From contig NW_027117341.1 of the NCBI RefSeq assembly GCF_038025025.1, positions 2,232,001 to 2,296,000 of the forward strand: a stretch of DNA of 64,000 bases, given 5' to 3'. The notes under the pieces are model-generated. The model had not been told where the DNA came from. It worked only from the letters and a program-made list of their open reading frames with translations, and did no database searches. The number at the start of each line of letters is the position of its first letter. Position 1 is the stretch's first letter. This stretch comes from Phyllosticta citribraziliensis (Eukaryota). This document shows, piece by piece, positions 25,401 through 37,447 of the stretch. The translations under genes and the position numbers were made by a program.

Positions 25401-26649
25401 GCTGTCCTACAGGCCACGGATTAGATTCCCTCGCCTCTCCAGCCTACCAGCCAGCAGCACACCGTGCGAGGCCCTTCCACGAATTCATTGTTGCCCTGCA
25501 AGGGGTACAGCTTTGATGGGGTAATCAATTCGCTCAATTGGGCACGTCAACAAACCTCCTGCGCCTCTCCGAACTTCCAACTGTCGATGCATCTGCCGCT
25601 CGCGCAACGGCAAGGTGGCAATGAGGCCTTTTGCTGGCTGCAATACCACGAAAGAACCAAACTTAACCAGAGGCTGCTGCAGAGCCCCCCGTTGAGTCTC
25701 GGAAGTCCCGGGGGGACGCAGACGGTACGTCCAGGCAGCGCTGGCAGCGTGTACTCGGGCGCGCCGCTAAACTCTCGTCCAACGTCAACACGAGCACCAA
25801 TCCCGTCCCCATCACCGCTACGACACTGCCCTTGACATTTTCAAACGAAGTCGCTTTCTAGGCATCCTGGAGCAAAAATGCCCTCGTCAGCGAGAAGCCG
25901 CGGACGCCGCCACGGTAAAGTTCGGCACTCAGAAGACTGGAGGCTGTCAAACTCTTACACGAGAGACATTCCGCGCTGGTTCCTACGTCGCTGCGGACGA
26001 CGCCCTTTATGCCTCACTCACGCACTGGGGCTCCACGCATACAAAGACGTTTACCGCTCATCGCTCATCGTCCTGGATTTCTTAGTCGGGTAATCTGCTC
26101 CTCCAGTCACCAAATTTCTCAAGTGGTCACGGACTGACCATGCTGTAGTCTTGCACACGGACACCACCGAACAAGAGCCACACTCTCATCGCCTTGGCAC
26201 GAGCAATTGGAAAATGCCCGTCAGGCGCGTCGTCATGAAGTGTAGCGCCCAAACCACAACGAAGACTTTGGTCTAGCGTTTCCTTCTCTCCCCAGGCACG
26301 CCTACATTCGCCGTGCGCTCCTACTCGGACGTCACCGCCTTCTTTCGCCCCTCTCGACCGAAAGGGTGCGCAATTCGAGGCCAATGCCAGGAGGATCTTT
26401 TTACTGCTCGCCAGCGGTACTGGATGGACGTGGGGAGCAGCCTTCGTCGGCTCAATATGTTTCTTCAACACAGTTGCGCCACCCTGCTTGTTTCCAGCGC
26501 GGATTCAACCCACACGTCCTCGTCTTGTCCTTGTCAGTTTCCGCAAAGGCGCCGACGGCACTGGTCTCGCAGGCGCGCCGAAAATTCGCTACTCGGCGAT
26601 GGAGGGCCCTATCCGCGTCCGCCTTCGAACCGCTTTCTAAGAGATTACG

Positions 26650-27820
26650 ATGCAGGCTGCCCTCGCAACATGGATCTCTGTCAAGGACACCATGTCGCCG
26701 ACCGGTAGTCACGATCGAGACGCCGAACATGTGCTAGTACGACAACGAACTGTGCATCGTCTGCATGGCCATCAACAAGCTCGGGGTCTACCACTGCGGC
26801 GAGCAGGACACGGCGAACTACTGCGCAGAGACGAAGAGTCAAGATGATCGGCATCCATGCGGCATGGCTCCCGCACTGGTCCAGGTACAAGGTCGTCGTC
26901 TGCCGGTCGTATGTGTCGAGCGGCAACAACACGAGCGACCCCTCCAGCATCGGCGCCTACCTCTACATCCCGCACAATTAGGCCAGCATCGTGGTCTCGT
27001 CGTTGCTGAGGTCAATCGGGTGCACGTTGAGGACCACCGCCAAGTATAACAACAAGGACTCGGCCACATAGACGGATACTACGTAGGTGTCGCAACAGGC
27101 TCGCATTCACGCACGAGAAAACGAACTTGATCATGACCAACAACGCGAACATCAAAGGATTCGGGACTGGGTTCGTGTACGGGTCCGAAATCGGCGGCGA
27201 GTACCTCAACACGCTCAACAAGCTGCACGAGACGCTGAGCTCGATCGTCAAGTGGGGGGCGACGACAAGATCAAGATGGCCAGGCTGAGCCTGACCCTGG
27301 CCAAGAGGACGAACCCGCTCGCAGTCAGGAGCAGGGTCCCGAGCGCGTCCCCAGCCAGCAACATGTTCAACAACTTCGCCGCGCTGCCGACCCCCAGCCC
27401 GTTCATGAGGCCGTCTGAGCGCGGGATCTTGCCATCAGCCCAGAAGGCGGCCACGAGCACGGTCCCGGTCGAGAAGAGGTAGATTGTCGCCAACACCGGC
27501 AGCGCCGCCAACTTCGTCGTGGGCAGGAACATCGGGTTGAACGCCAAAGAGCCCGCGGGGACGAGCCAGGACTTGGAGCAGATTGAGCACGCCGTCAATC
27601 AGGAGGACCAACGACGGCACGTACATCTGCACGCCGGACTCGATGCTCCCGAAGGCGACCCCGGGCGTGTACAAGATCCGGATGGGCTCCCCGAAGGTGG
27701 ACAACAAGCTGAGCAAGCCCACGATCTACTCCGACGTCGTCTAGTCAGCGCGAACAAGGAGTGGACCAGCATGGACGTGGTCACACTCGGCGTGTTCATC
27801 GAGAGCCCAGTGGACCGGGG
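26650..27820 (+). pseudogene. Intronless frameshifted pseudogene, possible endogenous mycovirus-derived ORF
   Basis: Protein-like text runs across several frame switches and TAG stops (...YDNELCIVCMAINKLGVYH / KMIGIHAAWLPHWSRYK / NNANIKGFGTGFVYGSEIGGEYLNTLNKLHE / KIKMARLSLTLAKRTNPLAVRSRVP...). Strong AAC/AAG/ATC/AGG codon bias. Viral origin is an inference. Confidence 0.5.
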
Positions 27821-28149
27821 AGTAGAGAGAGAGAGAGAGAGACCGAGTTTGCGGACTGAGGGAGGGGGTATCCTTGATTGCATTGTGGTGGTGTGGGGGT
27901 AGCGCGGGCATGTCGCGGTCGCGGTCGCGCGTTTCAAGGTACGGTCGGGTCGGCCATTCCCGCGGCCTCGTCATACACCAGATGCAACAAGCAGCGATCA
28001 AGCCTCACAACGCGTTGAGGAGCGACACTGAGCCAGACTCACTCTGTCGATCTTGTCGTGCGCCGGCCATGGCCATCATCGTCAGAGGAGCTGGAGGACA
28101 TGGCTGCTGCTGCTGCGGCTGCTTGATGCCTGCGCACGTTGATGCATGT

Positions 28150-29770
28150 CAGGACCAGCAGCAGCGGTAGGTGGCTTGGCAATGGATGCCGGAAGCGCTC
28201 TTCTTCTTCTCTTGTGAGTGAAAAGTTGGGTGGTTGGTTGATATCCCCTCGAGTTCCTGTCTCTCACTGATTCTGCCAGGCGGCCAGACGTCTTTGCCGA
28301 GGCTCCGCCGAAACTTTAGACGCGACCTCCGGGCCCTGACACTGCACTTCAACAACAACACCAACACTGACGTCCACGATCCGGCTTCACAATCCATCAA
28401 CCGCAACGACTCAACGTTTTGTCTCGTCAATTCCGTCATCATACGTTTGCCCAAAGCAGAAGCGCTCGTGCCTGCGCCTACGCCTGCGCCCGCGCCCGCA
28501 CAAGACCCAGACTCGCCCAACACCCGCTGCTGTGGTCGCATCCAATTCTCCCGTCCAACTCGAGCGACTTGTGGAAAAACGCCGCTGTGCCAAACGACAC
28601 TGAGCCCAAGGCTTGTCCGAGCCTCCTCCTCCTCCTCCTCCTCCTCCTCCTCCTCCTCCTCCTCCTCCTCCTCCTCCTCCGCCTTGACCCGACAACGGCC
28701 ACGGCACGACGAACTGGAAAATCATCCTCAAGCCTTCTGAAACGATCAATCAGAAGAGCCGCTGCCTCGACGCCCTCACCAACGACCACAACCTGCCCCC
28801 GCCAGAGTTGCACGCCCGCTCCGCACCTATGTGGGCTTTGTGATGGTGGCTTTACCGACGCTGTGCTGCTGGAAAAGGCGACAACAGGAGTTTGGCTGCC
28901 GTGTGTGAACAAGACTTGGGCAGAGCCTGCTGCAAGCTGAGCTGAAGCTGAGAAGCCTACCGGGAATCCATAATCGATCCATCTTCCCACTCAAAGCAGC
29001 CTGCGCTCCCCTTCCCTCCCGGCACGATCCGTCCCTCAGCCACGTCGCCCAGCACTTCCAACAATGATGGGATAAACAAGGAGGTTCTACTACCGCCGCG
29101 CTGCTGGCGATATGACGCCCGACGGGCCTGGATACGGACATTGAGCAGTCAGCACCGACGGCAGGCAAGCAAGCCCAGACGGAGTAGTGGTCTTCGTCGT
29201 TGTCGCCTCTGATGCGGCGTCTCTTGCACCACCAGCCCGACCGACTGTTTTTAGACACGGCGCTGTCCCAAAGCTGCTGCGCATGGATGCAAGAAAACGC
29301 TCAAGATTCCCACCACGAGTGCGTCGCGCGCATAGGGGAGGACAGACAGACCATCTCATCTTCCTGCCGTGTCAACAACACGGACGGCACGTTTCGCAAG
29401 GAGCTCTCGGCCAGGCGTCCGTCTGCCGCGGATCATCTTCTGAACAGTCTCGCCGTCTCGTGCGCCACATTATCTGCAAGCTTCTTCTGGCTCTTCTCGA
29501 CTTGTGATCTTGGCTTGCAACTCGTCCCTGTTGGAAGCCACCGTCTTCTCCAACCTCGTCCGCAGCTTGTTCGCCTCGTCGCTTATTGCCTACTTCACCG
29601 CCGCGCTCGGGAGTTTGGACTGCTTGCTTATAGCCGTCAATGATAAAGTCTCACACGGCCTGGGGTCCCTTAGCTCCAAAGTAGACTACCTACGGACTAG
29701 CGCCTCGGCTATCTGACGACCATCGGGATGGAGACGGAGACGGACGGAATGGACGGTATGTACATGTAGC
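28150..29770 (-). pseudogene. Decayed coiled-coil gene, possibly paralogous to 35517-37103
   Basis: Stop-interrupted RDELQAKITS/QVEKSQKKLADNVAHETARL resembles RPELSRKLTAEVRSN...LADDRAKNEAKL. A downstream (GAG)n poly-Glu tract at 28622-28680 is also present in the intact gene. Confidence 0.3.
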
Positions 29771-30187
29771 CATTGACTCGGACATTGGATTGGCAGTGCA
29801 CAGGTCTAACGCGCGAAACCTTTTACCCCTTCTACTGTGATATACTCCTAATCTCAGCACCCGCCACGTAGCGGACAAATTCTTTTCCATTATCTCTTCT
29901 GGCCTCTAGAGGCTTTATCTGTTATTAGCCACTACGCCTATCTACGCGCTACATATATCATATGCATGCGTTGATGAGGAGTACCTCACCGGTAGAGACC
30001 TTGTTTGGCTCGGACCCTAGAGACTTTTATAAGCTCACTCCACAGCAGCAGGTAGCGCATTTCAACCCAGCGCGACCTTTTCAGTCAGCAGCAGCTGTAA
30101 CCTCCAACGGCCCTTGGCTCCCTCCAACTGACGCGAACGCGGGCCATCAATCCGGGCCGTCCTCAAACAAGCGAATCTGAGGAAAGC

Positions 30188-30329
30188 TCATGAGTAAAAG
30201 CTAGGACAATGTTATAGAGCGCTGACGGACACTGACATGTAGCGCCTCCTCCGTCGGAAGACCTACTGGCCGACGGTCATGAGCAAAAGCTAGGACAATG
30301 TTAGAGAGCGCCGACGGACACTGACATGC
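30188..30329. repeat. 52-bp direct repeat pair separated by a hairpin spacer
   Basis: tcatgagYaaaagctaggacaatgttaKagagcgcYgacggacactgacatg at 30188 and 30277; spacer contains ccgtcgg...ccgacgg. Confidence 0.85.
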
Positions 30330-32563
30330 TGATTCTAAAGATAGACGACAACGTCTATGATGGATTGATTAAGGGGCCAAGTGTATATACATGTCGAGGC
30401 GGACGAGAGCGTTCCTTTAGTGTGCCTGGCCTGGTATATGGTACTATACCTTCCTACCTACCTACCTACCTACCTACCTAGCCACACATACACTACTAGG
30501 GGATCCGTGGAGACGTGGACGCGCGTCACCATGCATTTTCCTACACATGTACATATCAACCTACGTACATCCTCTTTCTACCTCCCCCACCGCCACTATA
30601 CAAATCGTCGACAACGCGGCCTTTGAACTCGACTCGACGCTCCTTGTCTTCTACCGCCGTTACCTAGCGACAGCTCGCAAGCAATAAATGGGTTTCAGGA
30701 ATGGCAGCAGCGCTTGTCAAAATCTTTGCTCGCCTCAGAAAGCGGATCAAGTCAGACCATCATGAATGGTATTTCTGCTACTGCTGCGCCGCTGCCGCCG
30801 CCGTCGCTTCTCGCCAATAATGACACGCGACGGCGCGCAACAAGGCGTAAAACAGCAAAAAGTCTTCAGCGCAACGCCGCCTTTGAACGCCGGCTGTCAA
30901 CCTACTCACTCCGCATGAGTTACGGCACGGTGAAACCTGGCCGGCCACGAAGAAAAGATGCCTACCTACGGGGGGGGCCAAGCGGGCGAGTAGAAAAGGA
31001 TTCAAACATTTGAACACGAGGAAAATGAGAACAAGGGAGATAGACAGACGGCCGAAGATGGATGTTGCGGGGTTAGCAGCGAAAGTTCCTTGTTTTTTTT
31101 TTTTCTTTCTTCTTCTTTTTCTCTTCTTCCTTTTTCTTTCTCCTCTCCTTTGTACTTGCATCGGAAGTTTGGCTGGTGGCTAAAGCGACGACTAGACGCG
31201 GTCATGGCTCTCTCTCCATCTGCCCCTCCTCCTCCTCCCCCTCCTCTTCTTCTTCTTTGTTGAAAGAAGCCAGAAACCCGGACGCGAGCTGGATGGATGG
31301 ATGGTTGGACTTCACTCTACCCACCTCGCGAGCTATACGATACTCAAAGCTCTCCAAGACTCTCGAGTGTCAGAGAGGGAGGAGGGGGAACAACAATGCT
31401 GGGCGAGTCGAGTTTGACAAAGCGCGTAACAAATCAGCCATGCCGACGGGCGCCGACGGCGTGCAACGTCACAACAACACCAGCCAGCGTCCGTGGCAAA
31501 CGTGCGTGCGTGCTTGAGCAGCCTGCTTAGCCGCCCCGCCCCGCCCTTGATTCGCTCAACACTTGTTAGGAGTGCAGCCAGCCACCGAAGCAGCCGACCA
31601 ACGAGTCGCACGCCAAACAAGAACGAGCGCTGAGCCCCTGGCTGGCTGGCTGGCATACTACACTGGAGGAAAGCGCAAGAAAGAGGCCCGGGGATGCTGG
31701 CTCTCGGTCGCGCTCCTGGACGATCGAGAAAGGACCATGTCATGTCATTGGAACCCTCTAAGATGACGAAAGGATTCTGATGCCATGCCATGCCATACAC
31801 GGAACAAAATCCGCCATTTGGTTGTCTCGTCACTTCATAGATGAGGCTTCAACATGGTCGCCGTGAGGCAACACGAGGGAAGGGAGGGTCTGTGTTATGG
31901 TCCTTCTAAGGCCTGTTGCTGAAGAAGGCCAGACGCGTAGTTGTTGTCGTTGTTCTGTCTACAGTACATAACTGAGCGCGCGCGAGAAGACGCGCCTAAC
32001 CACTACTGCTCCTGTCGGTCGCAGAAGCAGGCGCCGCAACGCAGCGACCTGAATTCAGCCGGAAGGCAAAGGTGCATGCAGCGCTGCGATTGTGGCTGAA
32101 AGGAAAGGGGAAGTCCTGCTCTGCTCGAGTTGGCGGAGGCTGAGGCGGAAGCAGGGACGGGACAAACCGAGCAAAAGCCGGACGGCGTGGTTCAAGGATG
32201 CGACCGTAGGTAGTAGAGACTTGAAGTAGATGGCCGTCCGTGGTGGTGAGAGTTCACCGGGAAGCGAGGTTTAAACTGCTTACTTAGGCATCTCCGCCTT
32301 GGTTTAAACTAGCCCATCAACGCAATATGCTCCACTTTCGGCCCTCCGCTTCCTCGCCACGCTTCGATAATGGTACAATTTGGTCATCTATCCTTCCTGT
32401 ACGTAGTACGAGAAAGATGAAGAATATAAAATAAAAACGAGTGTGGAGAATGGAAGAGGAAACCGCTGAAACACAGTTATTACAGCAACAATTTTCTGCC
32501 CATTCATCATCTTGTCTCTGAGCCGCCAGCAGGCTCGCTCTTCTTGCGTCGCCCGGGGCGTCG

Positions 32564-32878
32564 TCAAACTAGATACTGGTTGAGCCACTGAGTGAAATCG
32601 TCTTCTGGCTGCGTGTAGTCGCTGCTGTCTGTTGAATTCTGCCAGGAGGAGCTGGTACTGGCGGGACGTGACGAGGCGTACTGGCTGATGAGATCTGAAG
32701 CCAGCTCAAGATTCAACGTGTCGATGTTGTGCTGGAAAACGCGCGTTAGCCATGTAATGGAAAAAAAAAAGTAAGCGGGAGAGGAGAGATGCATGCACAT
32801 ACGCGGTTACACAACAAGCGGAGCGCGACATGCGCAGCCTGCACTGCACTGACCATGGCGGCTACTTCCTGGATTTCG

Positions 32879-32922
<44 letters not shown>

Positions 32923-33510
32923 TATCAACTCGACTGAGGAGGCTCCAGCTCCAGCCGGCCGCGGAGACGTTAGACAGCACTCGGCGAGGAGATTTTGAAA
33001 CCACCCGTCGTCCGAGTTGGGAGAAGACGAGAGCAATGCCTGCGCGGTACATGCACGTCAGTCGACTTGCAGGACGCCCAGAAAGGCAAGGCACATATGT
33101 ACGTCAAGATCCACATCCATCGCATCAACGGCTGTTTGCTCAGACCACATGCCCACGGGATCCTCCCAAGCAGGATCGACTTGGAATGATGCCAAGGGAG
33201 AAGAAGGCGAAGGCGGCGGCGGCGGCGATGGCGATGACAACGACGAGGACGACATCTGCTGCATCCAACAAACGGGTCAGCCCATGCTTGCAGAACTGCA
33301 GTACATACGTACCTTGGCATCCAAGTCCATCTCGTCACTGATCTGTGTGCCCGACTGCCGTGCTCCGTCGCACCCGCTATACACACACATGAGGCCGAGC
33401 TCTATGCACGTCATGCAAGGCGAGCGGCCATCGTTGGAGTTGCGGCAGCGCATCTTGCGTCGACGACACCGCGAACAGGCCTGCACTGTTGGTGGTATCC
33501 TGGATTGCAT
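32564..33510 (-). CDS. Short Zn(II)2Cys6 fungal transcription factor, four exons
   Basis: ACSRCRRRKMRCRNSNDGRSPCMTCIELGLMC = CX2CX6CX9CX2CX6C. Introns at 33312-33259, 33102-33040 and a third ending near 32732 keep the frame to an acidic/aromatic tail EDDFTQWLNQYLV*. Confidence 0.85.
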
Positions 33511-33665
33511 GGCTGCACGCATGCAACAGAGGTACTGTATGATCCGGGGAGGGAGCGAGACGGGGCTTCTATTAGGTACACGTACCTGTCTATCCATCAT
33601 GGCTTACCGCTCCGACCGTCCAAGAGCTGGCTCAATTATCGGCGTCAATCTGTGTCCCTGTCTGA

Positions 33666-33746
33666 CGCTGGTCGGCCTCCGCTGGTCGGCCTCCCGCTTG
33701 TAAACTGTCTCGGAGCTCCTACCTGTCGTCTGTGGCATTTATAAAA
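33666..33746 (+). promoter_or_regulatory. Divergent promoter: tandem 14-bp CGG-containing repeat and TATA box
   Basis: cgctggtcggcctc x2 (33666-33693); TTTATAAAA at 33738-33746, ~65 bp upstream of ATG 33810. Confidence 0.45.
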
Positions 33747-33809
33747 CCCAACACTCTCTCTCCTCCCTATTTTCCATAACACACCATCCATCAATCTACC
33801 CACCCACCC

Positions 33810-34530
33810 ATGGCTATCACCTCGGGCGACGCCCTCAATCATGTACGTCTCATCACTTGGTCCTGAATTCTTCCAGGTCGCCCGGCTTACACTGCAAACG
33901 GCTTGCTTAAGGTCTGGCGAGGCTCCCTCGGTCACCACATCTTGTTCGGCTCGCAAACGCCCACCTGGACAACTGAAGACCAACGCGTCTTCCTCGTCTA
34001 TGCGGCCCGGTTCAAGTGGAATGCGGATCTCGCGCCTGGCGACGTCGGCACCAAGGACCTCCAAAAGGATCTCCGCGTCTACACCTCCCACCGTTCGCTA
34101 AACACGGCCATTCTCTTGAGTCTAGTGACGGCTGTCAAGTACGTCGTCTTTCACTTCCTCTTCTTCCACAAGTCCGCTGCTCATCAATCAACTCAGGAGT
34201 CGCCTCACTGAACTTCAGCGCGACCAGCCTCGGGTCTTCGAGTGGCCACCCTATACCAAAAACTGGTTCCTCAACCCACTGTGGGATGGCGACACGGCCG
34301 AACCACCTGCTGGCGTCCTGACGACAAGGGGCATCGAGGTCGACTGCTACCCCGGCACTGGCGACTCGGGAAAGCAGACCATCAACCCGCTGCTCCTCTG
34401 GGACACCATGACTGATGATGTCAAGCAGCTCTGCTTTGCCGCCGCTCGCGGCGCCGCGAAGCAGAGCCAGGCCATGCTGTCGGACCAGCCCATCAGTCGC
34501 ATGGTGTTCCGGCTTTCCTCCACCAACTGA
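33810..34530 (+). CDS. Hypothetical protein, 197 aa, three exons
   Basis: Exons 33810-33842, 33912-34138 and 34197-34530 splice into one open frame (GTACGT donors; first acceptor is AAG). TATA box upstream. Confidence 0.7.
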
Positions 34531-35516
34531 GAACGAAGGGTGTTTGGTCACATTTTGGTTTTTGGTTGAGAGTCGGCGGCTGCGGGCGCAGGACGGACGA
34601 AGCGGAGGAGGGTGGGAATTGTCATGTATTGACCTCTATCACTACCATCTACTTATTCTCCTCTTCTTTTCCTCCAGTTTTCAGCCTTCAGGTCATGAGC
34701 CCACCCGCGACTGTTTTCTACTCTTCTTGAGCTCTGATGGAGAATTAAGTCGCTTGCGCTCGTCGCCGCTGCTCGCTGCCGTCGGCGTCATCACTTTCAC
34801 CGTTTTCGACGTCCATGATCATCTGGCCTTGAGAGGCACTCACCATTCCTGACACCGTTCCTGACAATCTTGCTCTCAAACCAATGTCCCTAAATCATTT
34901 GCGACAATCGCTGCTCGTCACCGCCGTCGCCGTTGCTTCAGTGCCACCAATTTTGACGAAATTGTCAAATCCACGCCGGCTCGCGCGAAAAACCCCTGTC
35001 GTATCATAGCTCTGGGAGCTCGCATCAAACTCGCTGTATCAAAGCAACGTCGGCTTGCACGAAACCTCGCTGGATCAAACATGGAAACAAAGGATGGAAT
35101 ACGGCCTCAGAGGACTGATGGAGGATAGGAGGCCACATCTGCTCAATTCACTACTTGATCCCCGCTCCCTCTGCCGGGGTTTCTTTATTGGCCGTGTCTC
35201 CCCCACTATTGCCACATGTCTCATTGATGAGGATGGGGTCTCTACTATCTTCCATCGACGCGTGTGTACGACAGCTCTGCGGCATCGACACTGACACCGG
35301 CATTTGGCTCGCCTTGAGGTTTCGCTGCGGCGACCTCACCATCAACTCCATCTCGCGTCGCAACCACCTGCATGTCTGATGATGTGACTCTCTCATTCAA
35401 TCAATTCAGGACAGCCTGAATGACCCTCCTTTGCTCCTTTCGCAAATGCAAACCCCCGAATCTACCCCCGCCCCCTCCTCCACCACGAAGGGAACTAGGA
35501 GGACTACTACTATTTC

Positions 35517-37103
35517 CTATTCGTTGACCATGCTGGTTACTTTGAATAGGTTTTTGGTCACGTTTTCCATAGCAGTGACCAATTTCCCCTGGTCCTCCTC
35601 CAAGTTGGTAATGTCGGTCTCGACCTTGCGCATGCGGTGCTCCATGGAGCCCGCATTACTGGTCTCCTCCTCCTCCTCCTCCTGCTGCTCCTCCCCCTCC
35701 TCCTCCTCCTCCTCCTGGTGCTCCTCTTCCTCTTCCTCCTCCTCCTGCTCCTGCTGCTGCTGCTGCTGCTGCTGTGGCGTAGGGGATCTAGAGCTTCCCT
35801 GGCCGCCATCTCGAGTCTTTACCGCGAAGTGGCTTAGTTGTGCAACGCGCGCCATCTTGATGCTTCTAGTCTTAGAGAGCTTGGCCTCATTCTTGGCCCT
35901 ATCATCTGCGAGGTCCTTTAGTACTGCCCTTCTGGCATTGCTTCGTACCTCAGCCGTCAGCTTCCTAGACAGCTCCGGCCTGTATCTCTCTATGGCTGCT
36001 GGAACCTCCTTGTCTAGATTTTGAGTGGCCTGGTTGACCCGGTTTCTTATATCCGCCACATTCTGGTTCGTTATGTTTGAGAGCTGCTTTGTGATTTCGT
36101 TGACCATTGTCGGCTTTTCCTTGGTGAAGAGACTCGTGAGATGGGCTCTAAGCTGGTTCATGGTGTCAGGGTTGATTTGTAAAGGCTCGGTTATTTGTCC
36201 CTCTTTCTGCTGAGCCATTTCTGACTTGACTTGCTCCTTGACTTGCTCCATGGTCTTCGTGTTACTTTGAGCCATTTCCTCTTTAAGTTGACCCTTGAGC
36301 TGCTCCATGGTCTCTGCGTTGTCCTTCTTGAGTTGGTCCTTGAGCTGCTCCATGGTCTCTGCGTTGTCCTTCTTGAGTTGGTCCTTGACTGACTCTATGG
36401 TCTCTGCGTTGTCCTTCTTGAGTTGGTCCTTGAGCTGCTCCATGGTCTCTGCGTTTTCCTTCTTGAGTTGGTCCTTGACTGACTCTATGGTCTCTGCGTT
36501 GCCCTTCTTGAGTTGGTTCTTGACTTGCTCCATGGTCTCCGTGTTGCTCCGTTCCATTTCTGTCTTGAGTTGGTCCTTGACTTGCTCTATGGTCTCCGCG
36601 TTACTTTTAGCCATTTCCGTCTCGAGTTGGTCCTTAAGCTGCTCCATGGTCTCCGTGTTGCTTTCCGAAAGCGCGGCCGTATGCTCTTCGCTGAGCCGGT
36701 TCAAAGTTTCCTGAATGCTCCGCAAAAGGTCGGCCGTTTGGCCTTCTTTCTGCTGAGCCATTTCCTCCTGTAGTCGGGCGCTGAGCTGCTCCATCTCCTT
36801 AATCTTGCCGTCCAATGACGCGGTCAAATCAGTCAAGGTCGCTCGCTCTTCGAGCTCCGCCAGCACCCCATCCGCCTCGTTTTGCACCCTGTCCAAGATG
36901 ACGCGCATCGGCTCTATGACATGATCCTGTATCAGCCTGAGTTGGCTTTCCACATGTGACTGGATCATGGTCTGTAGCATGGGGAAGTGTTCGTGCGTAG
37001 CAAGCTGTTGGTCATATCTGCTCTTCTCCTCCAAGTACCGCTTCTGCAGGTCGCGAATCATTTCGATGGCCATGGCAAACAGAATTGGGTTCGAGGACGA
37101 CAT
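35517..37103 (-). CDS. Long coiled-coil protein with 15/19-aa tandem repeats, 528 aa
   Basis: Intact ORF with ~9 repeats of (K)DNAETMEQLKDQLK at 36230-36660 and a poly-Q/poly-E tract. Further 3' exons are possible. Confidence 0.8.
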   Translation of the reverse strand: MSSSNPILFAMAIEMIRDLQKRYLEEKSRYDQQLATHEHFPMLQTMIQSHVESQLRLIQDHVIEPMRVILDRVQNEADGVLAELEERATLTDLTASLDGKIKEMEQLSARLQEEMAQQKEGQTADLLRSIQETLNRLSEEHTAALSESNTETMEQLKDQLETEMAKSNAETIEQVKDQLKTEMERSNTETMEQVKNQLKKGNAETIESVKDQLKKENAETMEQLKDQLKKDNAETIESVKDQLKKDNAETMEQLKDQLKKDNAETMEQLKGQLKEEMAQSNTKTMEQVKEQVKSEMAQQKEGQITEPLQINPDTMNQLRAHLTSLFTKEKPTMVNEITKQLSNITNQNVADIRNRVNQATQNLDKEVPAAIERYRPELSRKLTAEVRSNARRAVLKDLADDRAKNEAKLSKTRSIKMARVAQLSHFAVKTRDGGQGSSRSPTPQQQQQQQQEQEEEEEEEEHQEEEEEEGEEQQEEEEEETSNAGSMEHRMRKVETDITNLEEDQGKLVTAMENVTKNLFKVTSMVNE

Positions 37104-37447
37104 GGTTGTGGTTTGTGACGATTGCGCGTTGGTAGCATAGCTTCGAGGTGAGAGACCGAGGGAGAAGACGGGGTCTATTCAACAGACGTCTTGTTAGGAG
37201 ACATGATGTCTCAGAGCTGGTGGCTCGCCCTGTCGCGTGCATTGATAGGCCTGGACGCAGTTGAAACAGACGAGCGAACACGCCGCCGGGCAGCGACGGG
37301 GCCCGGTGGAGTCCGGCGATGGGCGCAGAAAAGATGGAATGAGGGAGTAGCCCCAACATGTGGCGAACCTTGACATGTAGAGACAGATATACAGCCGTTC
37401 CCCTGTCGCCCTCATTGATCATTACCCTGCCTACCTCAACAGTTGTG

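Noticed and set aside
33645..34551. Minus-strand ORFs 33645-34091 and 34135-34551
   Set aside because: The plus strand gives a TATA box, canonical donors and a clean three-exon frame; these are its shadows.
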